Of a stretch of 64,000 nt of DNA, positions 1 through 9,712 are shown piece by piece (the stretch's first letter is position 1; every line of letters begins with the position of its first letter). The position numbers and the translations under genes are program-made. The notes beneath the pieces were generated by a model. It saw nothing but the letters and a program-made list of their open reading frames with translations. It searched no databases and was not told the origin of the DNA. Source of the DNA: Dehalococcoidia bacterium (GTDB taxonomy: Bacteria > Chloroflexota > Dehalococcoidia > Lucifugimonadales > GCA-2712585); contig OY762063.1 in assembly GCA_963665075.1 (NCBI GenBank), positions 502,844-566,843 on the forward strand, in the 5' to 3' direction.

Positions 1-35
1 ATCATCATCCACCGCAGTATCCAGGTCTTGCTGGA

Positions 36-695
36 ATGAACCCCCACGCCTCCCACCCGCTGCTTGACGTCTACCGCCGCCTGCTCCACGCCTACGGCCC
101 CCAAAATTGGTGGCCCGGCGACTCCCCCTTCGAAATCATCGTCGGCGCAATCCTCACCCAGGCCACGTCGTGGACCAACGTCGAAAAGGCCATCAACAAC
201 CTCAAGCAGGCCCGCCTTCTATCCCCTCAAGGATTGAAGGACGTCCCCACCGACGAACTCGCCGCCCTCATCCGTCCCTCCGGCTACTTCAACGTCAAAG
301 CCCGCCGCCTCAAAGCCTTCATCAACCACCTCTGGGACAACCACGACGGCAACCTTGATGAAATGCTGAACACGGACGGCCCTACCCTCCGCCAAGACCT
401 GCTTTCCATCAACGGCATCGGCGAGGAAACCGCCGACGACATCCTCCTCTACGCCGCCAACAAGCCAAACTTCGTCATCGACGCCTACACCCGCCGCATC
501 CTGGAGCGGCTGGGCGCAAACGGCGACGCTTCCTCCTACTCAGACTACCAGCAACTATTCCACCAAACCCTACCCCCAGACCCCCGCCTCTTCAACGAAT
601 ATCACGCCCTGCTGGTGCAACACGGCAAAGACGTTTGCCGTCCCACGCCCCAATGCGAAAACTGCTGCCTCCGAGAGATTTGCCCCTTCCCCTAA
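36..695 (+). CDS. Endonuclease III-related HhH-GPD DNA glycosylase with a C-terminal Fe-S Cys cluster
   Basis: 219-aa ORF. It has an HhH-type segment (LLSINGIGEETADDILLYA) and a terminal four-Cys ladder (CRPTPQCENCCLREIC), as in the Nth/MutY superfamily. Confidence 0.85.
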   Translation: MNPHASHPLLDVYRRLLHAYGPQNWWPGDSPFEIIVGAILTQATSWTNVEKAINNLKQARLLSPQGLKDVPTDELAALIRPSGYFNVKARRLKAFINHLWDNHDGNLDEMLNTDGPTLRQDLLSINGIGEETADDILLYAANKPNFVIDAYTRRILERLGANGDASSYSDYQQLFHQTLPPDPRLFNEYHALLVQHGKDVCRPTPQCENCCLREICPFP

Positions 696-3007
696 GCCTG
701 GTCCGCCTCCTTCCAAATCTCCTCCAGCACCTTCCCCGGCGACATCGGCAAGCTCGTCATGCGGACGCCCACGGCGTCGTGAATGGCGTTCGCAATCGCC
801 GCCATCGGCGGAACAATCGGCACCTCGCCGACGCCTCGCACCCCGAAGGGATGTCCGGGATTCGGCACCTCCACAATCACCGTGTCGATCATCGGCAAGT
901 CCAACGACGTAGGCATCCGGTAGTCCAGGAACGTCGAATTCGTCATCCGCCCGCCCTCGTCGAAGAAATACTCCTCGTTCAGCGCCCAGCCGATTCCCTG
1001 CACCACGCCCCCCTGAATCTGCCCCTCCACGTAGCTCGGATGCACCGCCTTCCCCACGTCCTGCACCGCGGTGTACCGCAGAATCTCCACCTTCCCCGTC
1101 TCCGGGTCTACTTCCACGTCAACGATGTTGGCGGCGAAAGCCCCGCCCACGCCCCGCGGATCCACCGACGCCCGCCCCACAATCGGCCCGCCCGTGCCGT
1201 TCAGCATCCCCGCCAACTCCCTGAAGCTCATCCTCAATTCCGGGTCCTTGGCGTGAACCAGCGACCCGCCCCTCAACTCCACGTCCCCTGCGGACACGTC
1301 CCAAATCGTCGCCGCCCGCCCGATCATCTGCCGCTTGATGTCCTGCGCCGCCTCGTAGCACGCCCAGCCCGTCTTGAACGCCACGCTGCTCCCGCCCGTG
1401 CTCGACGTGTACCCGATGCTGTCCGTGTCCGCCACCTGCGGATGCACGTCCTCCACCGGAATCGTCAGCACCTCCGCCATGTGCATCGCCGCCACCACCC
1501 GCGTCCCTCCGATGTCCGGCGAACCCTCGACCAGGCTGACCGTGCCGTCGGAATTGACGCTGGCGAAGGCCGTCGAAGGCCCGGTGTTGTTCCGCCAGAA
1601 CCCCGTCGCCACACCTCTACCCCGGTTTGGCCCCGACAACGGCGCGGAATAGTGCGGATGCTCCTGCGCCGCCTTCAACGTCTCCAGATAGCCGATGCGC
1701 GGAAACGCTATGCCGCTGATCTGCCTCGTCCCCTCCTTGGCGGCGTTGCGACGCCGGAACTCCAGCGGGTCCATCCCCAGCTTCGTGCACAATTCGTCGA
1801 TGACCGTCTCCGCCGCGAAGGCCGCCGCCGGCGCCCCCGGCGCGCGGTACGCCGCCGTCTTCGGCTTGTTGACTACGACGTCGTAAGCCTCCACCCGCGC
1901 GTTCGGAAGGTTGTATGCGCCGAATATGCACTGGGATGCGCCGCCGATGGGCGCCCCCGGATACGCGCCGCCCTCGTATACGAGAAGCGCTTCCGCCGCC
2001 GTTATCTTCCCTTCCGCATCGGCGCCCATCTTTACCTTTATATAGCCCCCCGACGTTGGCCCCGTCCCCTCGAACACCTCCACCCGGTTCATCGTCATCT
2101 TCACCGGCTGCCCCGACTTTTTGGACAAGACTGCCACCACCGCTTCCAGATACGTACTCAACTTTCCCCCAAACCCGCCCCCAATCTCCAATGGAATCAC
2201 CTTCACCTGCGACACGGGAATGTCCAGAATCAACGCGGTGTTGTCCCGAATCGCGAAGTGCCCCTGCGAGCTGCACCAGATGGTCACCTCCCCGTCCCTG
2301 TTCCAAAGCGCCGTCGCGCTGTGCGGCTCGATGTATCCCTGATGCACCGTCGCCGTCCGATACTCCCGCTCCACCGTCACGTCCGCCTCAGCGAACCCTT
2401 CCGCCAAGTTGCCCTTCTCCAGCACGAAGTGATTGGAAACGTTCGACCCTTTCTCCCCATCCTCCTCCGAACGAAGTCCTCCCGGCTGAATCCCCGCGAA
2501 CGAAAACGTCTCCAGACGTTCGTGCAGCAGCGGCGAATCTTCCTCCATCGCCTCCACCACGTCCGTCACCTCCGGCAACACCTCGTACTCGACCCGAATC
2601 GCCGACAAAGCTTCCTCCGCCAGATGCGGGCTGTCCGCCGCCACCGCCGCCACCGCGTGCCCCTTGTACAGCGCCTTCTCCGCCGCCAGCACGTTGTTGC
2701 TCAGAAACTTCGGATTCGTCATCGCCCCTTCCCCCAAGTCCGCCGTCTCCCCCGAAGGCTGCGGAAAGTCGGCGGCGGTCGCCACGGCCTTCACCCCCGG
2801 AATAGCCAACGCCCCCGACGTGTCGATGGACTTTATCCGAGCGTGGGCGTGAGGACTCCGCAGCACGGCCCCGTGAAGCAGTCCCGGCAGATTCACGTCC
2901 GCGCCGTACTGCGCCCGCCCCGTAACCTTGTCCGTCCCGTCATGCCGGATAGGACGCGTCCCGACTACGTCATACTTCCCCGTCGCCAAAACCACGTTCG
3001 ATTCCAT
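692..3007 (-). CDS. Xanthine dehydrogenase / aldehyde oxidase / CO-dehydrogenase family molybdopterin-binding large subunit
   Basis: 771-aa ORF. The N-terminus (VGTRPIRHDGTDKVTGRAQYGADV...LHGAVLRSPHAHARIKSID) is typical of the a/b-hammerhead domain of Mo-hydroxylases. It overlaps the convergent upstream gene by 4 bp. Confidence 0.85.
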   Translation of the reverse strand: MESNVVLATGKYDVVGTRPIRHDGTDKVTGRAQYGADVNLPGLLHGAVLRSPHAHARIKSIDTSGALAIPGVKAVATAADFPQPSGETADLGEGAMTNPKFLSNNVLAAEKALYKGHAVAAVAADSPHLAEEALSAIRVEYEVLPEVTDVVEAMEEDSPLLHERLETFSFAGIQPGGLRSEEDGEKGSNVSNHFVLEKGNLAEGFAEADVTVEREYRTATVHQGYIEPHSATALWNRDGEVTIWCSSQGHFAIRDNTALILDIPVSQVKVIPLEIGGGFGGKLSTYLEAVVAVLSKKSGQPVKMTMNRVEVFEGTGPTSGGYIKVKMGADAEGKITAAEALLVYEGGAYPGAPIGGASQCIFGAYNLPNARVEAYDVVVNKPKTAAYRAPGAPAAAFAAETVIDELCTKLGMDPLEFRRRNAAKEGTRQISGIAFPRIGYLETLKAAQEHPHYSAPLSGPNRGRGVATGFWRNNTGPSTAFASVNSDGTVSLVEGSPDIGGTRVVAAMHMAEVLTIPVEDVHPQVADTDSIGYTSSTGGSSVAFKTGWACYEAAQDIKRQMIGRAATIWDVSAGDVELRGGSLVHAKDPELRMSFRELAGMLNGTGGPIVGRASVDPRGVGGAFAANIVDVEVDPETGKVEILRYTAVQDVGKAVHPSYVEGQIQGGVVQGIGWALNEEYFFDEGGRMTNSTFLDYRMPTSLDLPMIDTVIVEVPNPGHPFGVRGVGEVPIVPPMAAIANAIHDAVGVRMTSLPMSPGKVLEEIWKEADQA

Positions 3008-3065
3008 AACTCCACCTCCACTGCTTCAATTAACCTTCAAGGTGATTCTACCACAGCGCCACCCC

Positions 3066-3617
3066 CTACCCGTCCAACCCCCTCTGCATCCCCCGCAGAT
3101 ACCGAATATGCCCCAAATGCTGGCTCAACTCGCACAGCACGTGCCCGAACATCCGCCCGATTGTATACCCCTGCTGCCACGGATTCGCCCACGCCGGCGT
3201 CTCCGAAAGCTGCTCCGCCCTCAACCCCGCCATATACTCCAACGTCTGCGCCCGCACCTCCCGCCCGTACTCCCAAAGCTCCCCCACCGGCGGCGTGACG
3301 AAGGCCGCCAACTCCTCCTTGCCGTATCTCCATCCCGTACCCGCGTCCACCATCTCCCACTTCCGGTCCCACCCGCTCCGCTCGAAGAGGTCCGGCATCC
3401 CCTGGGCAAACCCGCTCAGCCAATGATCCTCCGCCCGTATCAGATGCCACAACGAGAACCCAATAGAATTCGCCTCGTCGCCGGGACGCCATTCCACCTC
3501 CTCCCTCGTCAGCCCCTCCAACGCCGCCTCCATGTCGGAATCAATCTCCAGCAAAGTCTCCGCCACCAGCTGCATCACGTCCATCTTGACCTCCTCGTCG
3601 CCGCCCAAAAGTGACAT
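3066..3617 (-). CDS. DinB-family (four-helix-bundle, DUF664-like) protein
   Basis: 183 aa. It has the pattern LTREEVEWRP...NSIGFSLWHLIRAEDHWL and a C-terminal HLGHIRYLRG, typical of the DinB/YfiT-like superfamily. Confidence 0.7.
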   Translation of the reverse strand: MSLLGGDEEVKMDVMQLVAETLLEIDSDMEAALEGLTREEVEWRPGDEANSIGFSLWHLIRAEDHWLSGFAQGMPDLFERSGWDRKWEMVDAGTGWRYGKEELAAFVTPPVGELWEYGREVRAQTLEYMAGLRAEQLSETPAWANPWQQGYTIGRMFGHVLCELSQHLGHIRYLRGMQRGLDG

Positions 3618-3681
3618 TTTGCGTCTTGTGCAAGTTTACCCTTGCACGTAACATTCTTCCATACGGACTCGGAGGCGCAGC

Positions 3682-5088
3682 ATGACCTCGATTGACTTGA
3701 CCGAAGCAACCATCGCCAACACAGCCAGGCTGATTCAAAACAATGAACTTTCCCCGGTGGAATTGACCGAAAAAACCCTCGAACGAATCGATACGATTGA
3801 CCACAAAATCGGCGCCTTCACCACCGTCACCGCCGACTACGCACTGACGAAAGCCCGCCAGTCCGAAAATGAAATCTCCAACTGCAACTACCGCGGCCCC
3901 CTCCACGGCATCCCCTACACCCTCAAAGACCTCATCGACACCGATGGCATCCGCACCACCTACGGATACTCCAGCCACCAGGACCACGTCCCCCGACGCA
4001 GCGCCGCCGTCCACCAACGCCTCGAACAAGCAGGCGCCGTCCTCGTCGGCAAGGTTGACTGCCACTTCCGACGCAACATCCCCGTTTCCTGCCGGAATCC
4101 GTGGGATTTGACCCGCTCTCCCGGCATCTCAAGCTCCGGCTCCGGCGCCTCCCTCGCCGCCTCCCTCTGCCTCGCCTCCATCGGCTCCGACACCGGCGGC
4201 TCCGTCCGCATCCCCGCCTCCTGGTCGGGCGTGGTCGGACTGCGCGCCACCCTCGGCCTCCTGAGCCGCCACAACGCCCTCGGCCCCTCCTGGTCCTTCG
4301 ACCAGCTTGGCCCCCTCTCCAAGACCGTCGAGGATGTGGCCCTAGTTTTCGGCGCCATAGCCGGATTCGACCCCAACGACCCCATCAGCATCAGGGGCCC
4401 CGTCCCGAATTACGCCTCCGGCCTTGCCGGAAATTTCCAGGGATTCCGCGTCGGCGTCCTTCAGGAATTTGTTTCCGCCAACTGCACCGAGGCGGTCGAG
4501 ACGGCAATTCACGAAGCGCTGTCAACCCTGGAAGACTTGGGCGCCCTGGTTCAAGACGTAGAAATTCCCCACTCGTCTGAATCCACCCGTGTCCTGACCG
4601 TCGTGTCGGAAGCGGAATCCGCCGTTGACTACCGCCAGGTCTTCCCCAAGCAGCGCCTCGACAACATCGACGACGACATTAAGGAATACCTGGAACGCGG
4701 CGATTCCTACACCATGACGGAATACCTGGACGCCCAGCGCATGGCCGCGGTACTGCGCCAGGAAGTTGCCAACGCCTTCGAGAAAGTGGACGTCATCGTC
4801 GCCCCCACCTGCCTGACCACCGCCGTCCCCATCTCCCAGGAGCGACAGCTGATCGACGTTCGCGGTGAACGGATCGACTACCTGGAGCTGCTGCTGAAAG
4901 TCACCTCCATCGCCAGCGTAACCGGACTCCCCGCCCTCTCCCTACCCTGCGGCTTCGACTCGAACGGCCTCCCCATCGGCATGCAGCTGATGGGCCCCGC
5001 ATTGTCGGAAGCGCGCCTCCTCCGCCTCGGCCACGCCTACCAACAAGCCACCCAATGGCACAACGCCCGCCCATCCCTCTCACCCTGA
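3682..5088 (+). CDS. Amidase (amidase-signature family, GatA-like)
   Basis: 468 aa. It carries the AS-family motifs GISSSGSGA and GSDTGGSVRIPASWSGVVGLRAT. Confidence 0.9.
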   Translation: MTSIDLTEATIANTARLIQNNELSPVELTEKTLERIDTIDHKIGAFTTVTADYALTKARQSENEISNCNYRGPLHGIPYTLKDLIDTDGIRTTYGYSSHQDHVPRRSAAVHQRLEQAGAVLVGKVDCHFRRNIPVSCRNPWDLTRSPGISSSGSGASLAASLCLASIGSDTGGSVRIPASWSGVVGLRATLGLLSRHNALGPSWSFDQLGPLSKTVEDVALVFGAIAGFDPNDPISIRGPVPNYASGLAGNFQGFRVGVLQEFVSANCTEAVETAIHEALSTLEDLGALVQDVEIPHSSESTRVLTVVSEAESAVDYRQVFPKQRLDNIDDDIKEYLERGDSYTMTEYLDAQRMAAVLRQEVANAFEKVDVIVAPTCLTTAVPISQERQLIDVRGERIDYLELLLKVTSIASVTGLPALSLPCGFDSNGLPIGMQLMGPALSEARLLRLGHAYQQATQWHNARPSLSP

Positions 5089-5152
5089 ACCCATCCCCTC
5101 TTCTCCCTTCCCCCTTAACGGAGACCTTTGAACAACCCTCCCAAGAGCACCA

Positions 5153-5324
5153 ATTAGCCTCTTCCCCCTCGACGAAGACCTTTGCATAACCGTCATTCCC
5201 GTGAAAACGGGAATCCAGGGGCGGGGCTGTTTAGGTACAAATACGCTACTTCTTTGACAGAATGTTGGGGTGTATAGGGAGTTACGCAAAGGTCTCCTTG
5301 ACGGGGGAAGATTGAGATGGGGGG
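5153..5324 (+). mobile_element. MITE-like ~170-bp element, copy 1. About 30-35 bp imperfect terminal inverted repeats enclose a family-A hairpin and a conserved core.
   Basis: The left end is ATTAGCCTCTTCCCCCTCGACGAAGACCTTTGCATAAC. The right end is GTTACGCAAAGGTCTCCTTGACGGGGGAAGATTGAGATGGGG, its imperfect reverse complement. It is collinear with 8061-8230 at a similar length and high identity by eye. Confidence 0.6.
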
Positions 5325-5580
5325 TGAAATCCCCCTCCCGCTCACCTTGAACCTACTCCACTCCCCCCGCTCACCCTGAGCCTGTCCTGAGCTTGTCGAA
5401 GGGCCTGTCGAAGGGTCGAGCGTCCCCCTCTTGCTCCCGCGAAAGCGGGAGCCCATCTTCCCCCGCTCACCCTGAGCTTGTCGAAGGGTACTCATCCCCT
5501 CAATCCCTCCGTAGGGGCGACCGGCCGGTCGCCCCTACCCTGTCGCGCCAAAATCCCATCGCGAACCCGCCCGACCCCTC

Positions 5581-5738
5581 CATCATTCCCGCCTACCTCC
5601 TTCGTCATTCCCGCCTACCTCCTTCGTCATTCCCGCCTACCTCCTTCGTCATTCCCGTCTACCTCCTTCGTCATTCCCGTCTACCTCCTTCGTCATTCCC
5701 GCCTACCTCCTTCGTCATTCCCGCGTAGGCGGGAATCC
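5581..5738 (+). repeat. Tandem array of six 22-bp half-hairpin units (CGTCATTCCCGCCTACCTCCTT) ending in one complete family-A hairpin (CGTCATTCCCGCGTAGGCGGGAATCC)
   Basis: Read directly. Unit starts fall at 5581, 5603, 5625, 5647, 5669 and 5691, and the terminal full hairpin is at 5713-5738. Confidence 0.9.
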
Positions 5739-5860
5739 ATCTTCTCCCCTCGCCGCTTGACTAGCAATTCCCGTTCAGATACTATCAACCACAATTGACA
5801 TAGAGTAGTGTTGGCTTACGCCAATCACACTACGATTTCGCTTTCCAAAAGGTGGTAGTT

Positions 5861-7987
5861 ATGACGCAATACGTAAAGTCATCCAAACTGAGAACACTGG
5901 CAATTGTGGCAGCGCTTCTTGCGTTGGCCCTGGTTATCTTTGCGTGTGGTGCGGACGACGAAACTCCCGAACCGGCTCCGCCGCCCACTCCGGTCGACAT
6001 AGCCGCAATCACCAGCGGGATTTCCGCCGGCATCAACGCCCAGATTGAGCAGACCATCAGGAACGAGATGGCGAACATGCAGCCGCCTCTCTCGGAAGAC
6101 CAGATTCGCTCCCTCATTGAGCAGGCCGTCGGCGAAAGCGCGCCCGAAGGCGTCGACGCCGCCGAGATACAAGCTATGGTGGACAGCGCAGTGGCCGCCG
6201 CCGCTGAGGCCGGTGTGAAACAGGAAGATGTGACCGCCGCAATCGGCGCCGCACTGGCCGCCGCAGCCGCAGCCCAGACGGAACCTCTCACAGAGGCGGA
6301 CGTGGCCCGGATTGTCAAGGCGGCCGTCGCCACGCCCGAACCCGCCCCCACGCCCGCGCCCACCGCCATGCCTACACCCGCCCCAACCGAACCGCCCGTG
6401 GCAGCAATGATGCCGGTGGAATCCCGCCTCAAAGTCGCCATGCCCAATCCCGCATACGGCGAGCGCATGGAAGCCTCGGTGCACAACGTAGTGGGTGGTT
6501 TCCTCCTTCCAAACGCCGAATCCCTGGTGGGCGACCACCACATCACCGGCGAATACTACCCCATGCTCGCCACCGAATGGTCCGTCGGCGAAAACGCCAG
6601 GTCGTGGACTTTCAAGCTGCGAGAGGGCGTGCCCTGGCACGGCATCGGCAGCGATTTCTCCGCCCAGGACGTAATCCACTCCTTCAACCGGACCCACGCC
6701 AAGGTGTCGGTCCACAGCTACCGCAGCCGCTGGCCCACTCCGGACGGCGCCGCCGGACAAGTGGTGGGAAGCATCACGGCTGTCGGAGACAACGAAGTCA
6801 TATTCGACATGGTCGGCCCCTACACCCGCCTCCACAAAGCCGTGGCCGGCAGCGAAGGGCTGTTCATGACCAGCAAGAGCTACTTCGACCTGGTTGGCGA
6901 AGACGGCTATCGCGATAATCCCGTAGGCACCGGCCCTTACCAATTCGTTGAATTACGGTCGTCTGAGTACAGCGTATGGGAAGCCGTCCCCTACGACCAC
7001 TACCGCGTGAATCCCCAGTTCCCCGAGCTTCAGTTGGTATTCTCCGACGAGGAAGCTACCAGGATTGCCATGATGGTGAACCAGGAAACTCACACCACCG
7101 TGGTGTCCAAGACCCTCACCAGCCAGGCCGAGGGCATCCCCCATCTCAAGGTTGAGACTACTACCCTTCCAACGCTGCACCTTAACATCTTCTTCGGCGG
7201 CAACTACCCCGCGGATTTCCTCACCGCTACGGGCGAGCCGGCGGTTGATGAGAATCTTCCCTGGTACGGACACAGCGAAAACGCCGTAAAGGTCAGGCGC
7301 GCCCTCTCAATGGCCATTGACCGGGACGCCATCAACAACGCCTTCTACGACGGCGACGGCGAACCCGTCATCGTGTCGCTGTTCCATCCCGGTCTGGGTC
7401 CGTGGAAGTCCGAATGGGAGGCGAGATACAACGAGCTTCACGCCTACAATCCGGAGATGGCCCGCCAGCTTCTCGCCGAAGCCGGCTATCCTGACGGCAT
7501 AACCGGTTACAAGTGGGCGCTCTACTTCATCGACATCGCCCCGGAGGGGCTGGATATCGCCGAGGCAGTGGTGGCCATGTGGAAGGAGATTGGCGTTGAG
7601 ATTGAGATAGAAACCACCGAAAGAAGCACCTGGGGCGGCGCGGGTAGAGCCAAGGAAACCGCCGGCTACGTCTACATCTGGCACTCAACCTACGCCCCCA
7701 TCGAAGCCCGGTTCGAAATCTACAGTTGGAGCGGCAGGCCCGGCGCCGGGTTCACCTCGGAGAAATTCGACGAACTCTACCTCGACCTCCAGAACACCAC
7801 AAGCGTCGAGGAGATGGATCAGAAGCTCTTGAACCTCGGCGACGTTATACAGGAAACCATTCCTTACGTCCCCCTCTTCTGGGTCTTCACCGATTACATC
7901 GTCAACACCAGAGTCATTGACGACTACACCAGCGCCGGCATCTGGCAGGTGCACGACTGGGAGTATGCGGTGCCGGTGATGCAATAG
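5861..7987 (+). CDS. ABC transporter substrate-binding protein, family 5 (peptide/nickel type), probable lipoprotein
   Basis: About 708 aa. It has an N-terminal signal with a lipobox-like LVIFACG, then an Ala/Pro-rich linker, then an SBP_bac_5-like body. ATG 5861 is preferred over GTG 5852 because of the upstream AAGGTGG. Confidence 0.85.
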   Translation: MTQYVKSSKLRTLAIVAALLALALVIFACGADDETPEPAPPPTPVDIAAITSGISAGINAQIEQTIRNEMANMQPPLSEDQIRSLIEQAVGESAPEGVDAAEIQAMVDSAVAAAAEAGVKQEDVTAAIGAALAAAAAAQTEPLTEADVARIVKAAVATPEPAPTPAPTAMPTPAPTEPPVAAMMPVESRLKVAMPNPAYGERMEASVHNVVGGFLLPNAESLVGDHHITGEYYPMLATEWSVGENARSWTFKLREGVPWHGIGSDFSAQDVIHSFNRTHAKVSVHSYRSRWPTPDGAAGQVVGSITAVGDNEVIFDMVGPYTRLHKAVAGSEGLFMTSKSYFDLVGEDGYRDNPVGTGPYQFVELRSSEYSVWEAVPYDHYRVNPQFPELQLVFSDEEATRIAMMVNQETHTTVVSKTLTSQAEGIPHLKVETTTLPTLHLNIFFGGNYPADFLTATGEPAVDENLPWYGHSENAVKVRRALSMAIDRDAINNAFYDGDGEPVIVSLFHPGLGPWKSEWEARYNELHAYNPEMARQLLAEAGYPDGITGYKWALYFIDIAPEGLDIAEAVVAMWKEIGVEIEIETTERSTWGGAGRAKETAGYVYIWHSTYAPIEARFEIYSWSGRPGAGFTSEKFDELYLDLQNTTSVEEMDQKLLNLGDVIQETIPYVPLFWVFTDYIVNTRVIDDYTSAGIWQVHDWEYAVPVMQ

Positions 7988-8060
7988 GCCGCCTATGGTA
8001 TCCTGAACCCGACAACCCAACACAATCGGATGCCGTTGCATAACCGCCGCAAGGGTTGCG

Positions 8061-8230
8061 ATTAACCTCTTCCCCCTTGATGGGGACCTTTGCATAACCC
8101 CCATTCCCGCGCAGGCGGGAATCCAGGGGTGGGCTGCTTAGGTATGAATTCGCTGCTTCTTTGACAGAATGCTCAGGCGAATAGGTAGTTACGCAAAGGT
8201 CTCCTTGATGGGGGAAGATTGAGATGGGGG
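8061..8230 (+). mobile_element. MITE-like ~170-bp element, copy 2
   Basis: It starts ATTAACCTCTTCCCCCTTGATGGGGACCTTTGCATAAC and ends GTTACGCAAAGGTCTCCTTGATGGGGGAAGATTGAGATGGGGG. It has the same architecture and internal core (GGCTG.TTAGGTA...CTTCTTTGACAGAATG) as 5153-5324. Confidence 0.6.
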
Positions 8231-8298
8231 TGACTCAAGTGGTATAGACGATGCATTTCGCGGTTACGCAGAAGTCTCAAAATCAGAGGAGGTTAGCA

Positions 8299-9375
8299 AT
8301 GAAGGTCCCCTACGGAGCCGTTGACGCCGACGGCCACATCAACGAACCCGAAACCAAGCTCATGGAATACCTGGAAGGCCCCTACGCCGACATCAAGAAC
8401 TTCCACAGCTACATCCCCGGCAGCGACGGCATAGTCGGCGGCAGCGTCGTCGCCGGCAAGGACTACATGGACTCCACCCTCGGCGGCCGCCTCGGCGCCC
8501 ACGGCGGCCCCGACTTCCCCACGCCCCAGGAGTGGCTCGACAACGCCGACGCCGGCGGCCTGGAGACCATCTTCGTCTTCCCCACAACCCTCCTCGGCTA
8601 CTCCCGCATCATCGACCCCGACTACCTCGTCGCCCTCACCAAATCCTACAACAACTACGTCTCCGAGGAGTGGCTCAAGTTCAGCCCCCGCTTCAAGTCC
8701 GTCGCCCTCATGCCCCTCATGGACGTGGACGAATCCATCAAGGAAATGCGCCGCTGCGTCACCGAATTGGGCTACAACGGCGTCTTCATCGCCGCCGTCG
8801 GATTCGGCCTCCTTGGCGAAAAGCGCCTCGACCCCTTCTACGAAGAAGCCGAAAAGCTCGGCACCTTCATCGCCGTCCACGGCGGCCACGCCACCGGCGA
8901 GTCCCAGAAGTACACCAAATTCATCCAGCGCCACACCATCGGCTTCCCCGTTTCCGCCATGATGCAGATGATGCACATGACCTACGAAGGCGTCTACGAA
9001 AAATTCCCCAACCTCAAAGTCGGATACCTGGAAGCCGGATGCACCTGGGTCCCCTACCTCCTCGACCGGATGGACGAGGAATGGGAGAAGCGGGGCTGGT
9101 TCGAGACCCCCAACTGCAAGAAGAAGCCCAGCGACTACATCAAGGGCGGCAACGTCTACATCCACGCCGAGCCCGGCGAGGAGTTGATCCCCGAAGTCAT
9201 CCGCGTCATGGGCCGGAACCGCCTCTTCTACGCCTCCGACTGGCCCCACTGGGACAACGAATACCCCGAAAGCCTCTACCACATCTACAACCGCGACGAC
9301 CTCACCGAAACCGACAAACGCGCCATCCTCCGCGACAACGCCGCCGAAATGTACGGCCTCCCCAACCCCCCCTAA
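8299..9375 (+). CDS. Amidohydrolase_2-family metal-dependent hydrolase/decarboxylase (ACMSD-like)
   Basis: It begins MKVPYGAVDADGHINEP, giving the D-x-H metal motif, and has ASDWPHWD near the C-terminus. The start at 8299 follows the SD AGAGGAGG. The ORF track starts earlier, at 8251. Confidence 0.85.
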   Translation: MKVPYGAVDADGHINEPETKLMEYLEGPYADIKNFHSYIPGSDGIVGGSVVAGKDYMDSTLGGRLGAHGGPDFPTPQEWLDNADAGGLETIFVFPTTLLGYSRIIDPDYLVALTKSYNNYVSEEWLKFSPRFKSVALMPLMDVDESIKEMRRCVTELGYNGVFIAAVGFGLLGEKRLDPFYEEAEKLGTFIAVHGGHATGESQKYTKFIQRHTIGFPVSAMMQMMHMTYEGVYEKFPNLKVGYLEAGCTWVPYLLDRMDEEWEKRGWFETPNCKKKPSDYIKGGNVYIHAEPGEELIPEVIRVMGRNRLFYASDWPHWDNEYPESLYHIYNRDDLTETDKRAILRDNAAEMYGLPNPP

Positions 9376-9388
9376 CCCCCACCCTAAC

Positions 9389-9692
9389 CGTCATTCCCGC
9401 CACCCCTCCTCGTCATTCCCGCCACCCCCTCCGTCATTCCCGCCACCCCCTCCGTCATTCCCGCGCAGGCGGGAATCCATCCCCATAACCCATAGGGGCG
9501 GGTTTCAAACCCGCCCTCTTACCCTAACCCCCTCTCCCATCCTGGGAGAGGGTTGGGGTGAGGGCACCTCCCACGCTCACACCCGTAGGGGCGACCGGCC
9601 GGTCGCCCCTAACCCATTGTCGCTCACCCTGAGCCTGTCGAAGGGTCGAGCGCCCTCTCCCTCCGTCATTCCGGCGAAAGCCGGAATCCAGA
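9389..9692 (+). repeat. Intergenic mosaic of palindromic repeats: three 22-bp half-units plus a full family-A hairpin, then families E, F, D, B and A
   Basis: Read directly:
- CGTCATTCCCGCCACCCC.TCC x3, then CGTCATTCCCGCGCAGGCGGGAATCC.
- TAGGGGCGGGTTTCAAACCCGCC.
- CCCTCTCCCATCCTGGGAGAGGGTTGGGGTGAGGGC.
- GTAGGGGCGACCGGCCGGTCGCCCCTA.
- CGCTCACCCTGAGCCTGTCGAAGGGTCGAGCG.
- GTCATTCCGGCGAAAGCCGGAATCC. Confidence 0.9.
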
Positions 9693-9712
9693 AATGCATG
9701 ACTTGGCTACTG

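Noticed and set aside
635-3298. Very long ORF (887 aa) on the + strand opposite the Mo-hydroxylase gene, and similar long ORFs elsewhere (22282-23706, 24390-25571, 28061-29104, 39397-40698, 40334-41689, 16364-17542, 47213-48301, 59442-60344, 61040-61879, 8293-9282, 28764-29849 and others)
   Set aside because: Their products are Arg/Pro/His/Gly-rich and low in complexity with no recognisable motifs. Each lies antisense or out of frame to an ORF with clear family signatures. These are classic shadow ORFs of high-GC DNA.
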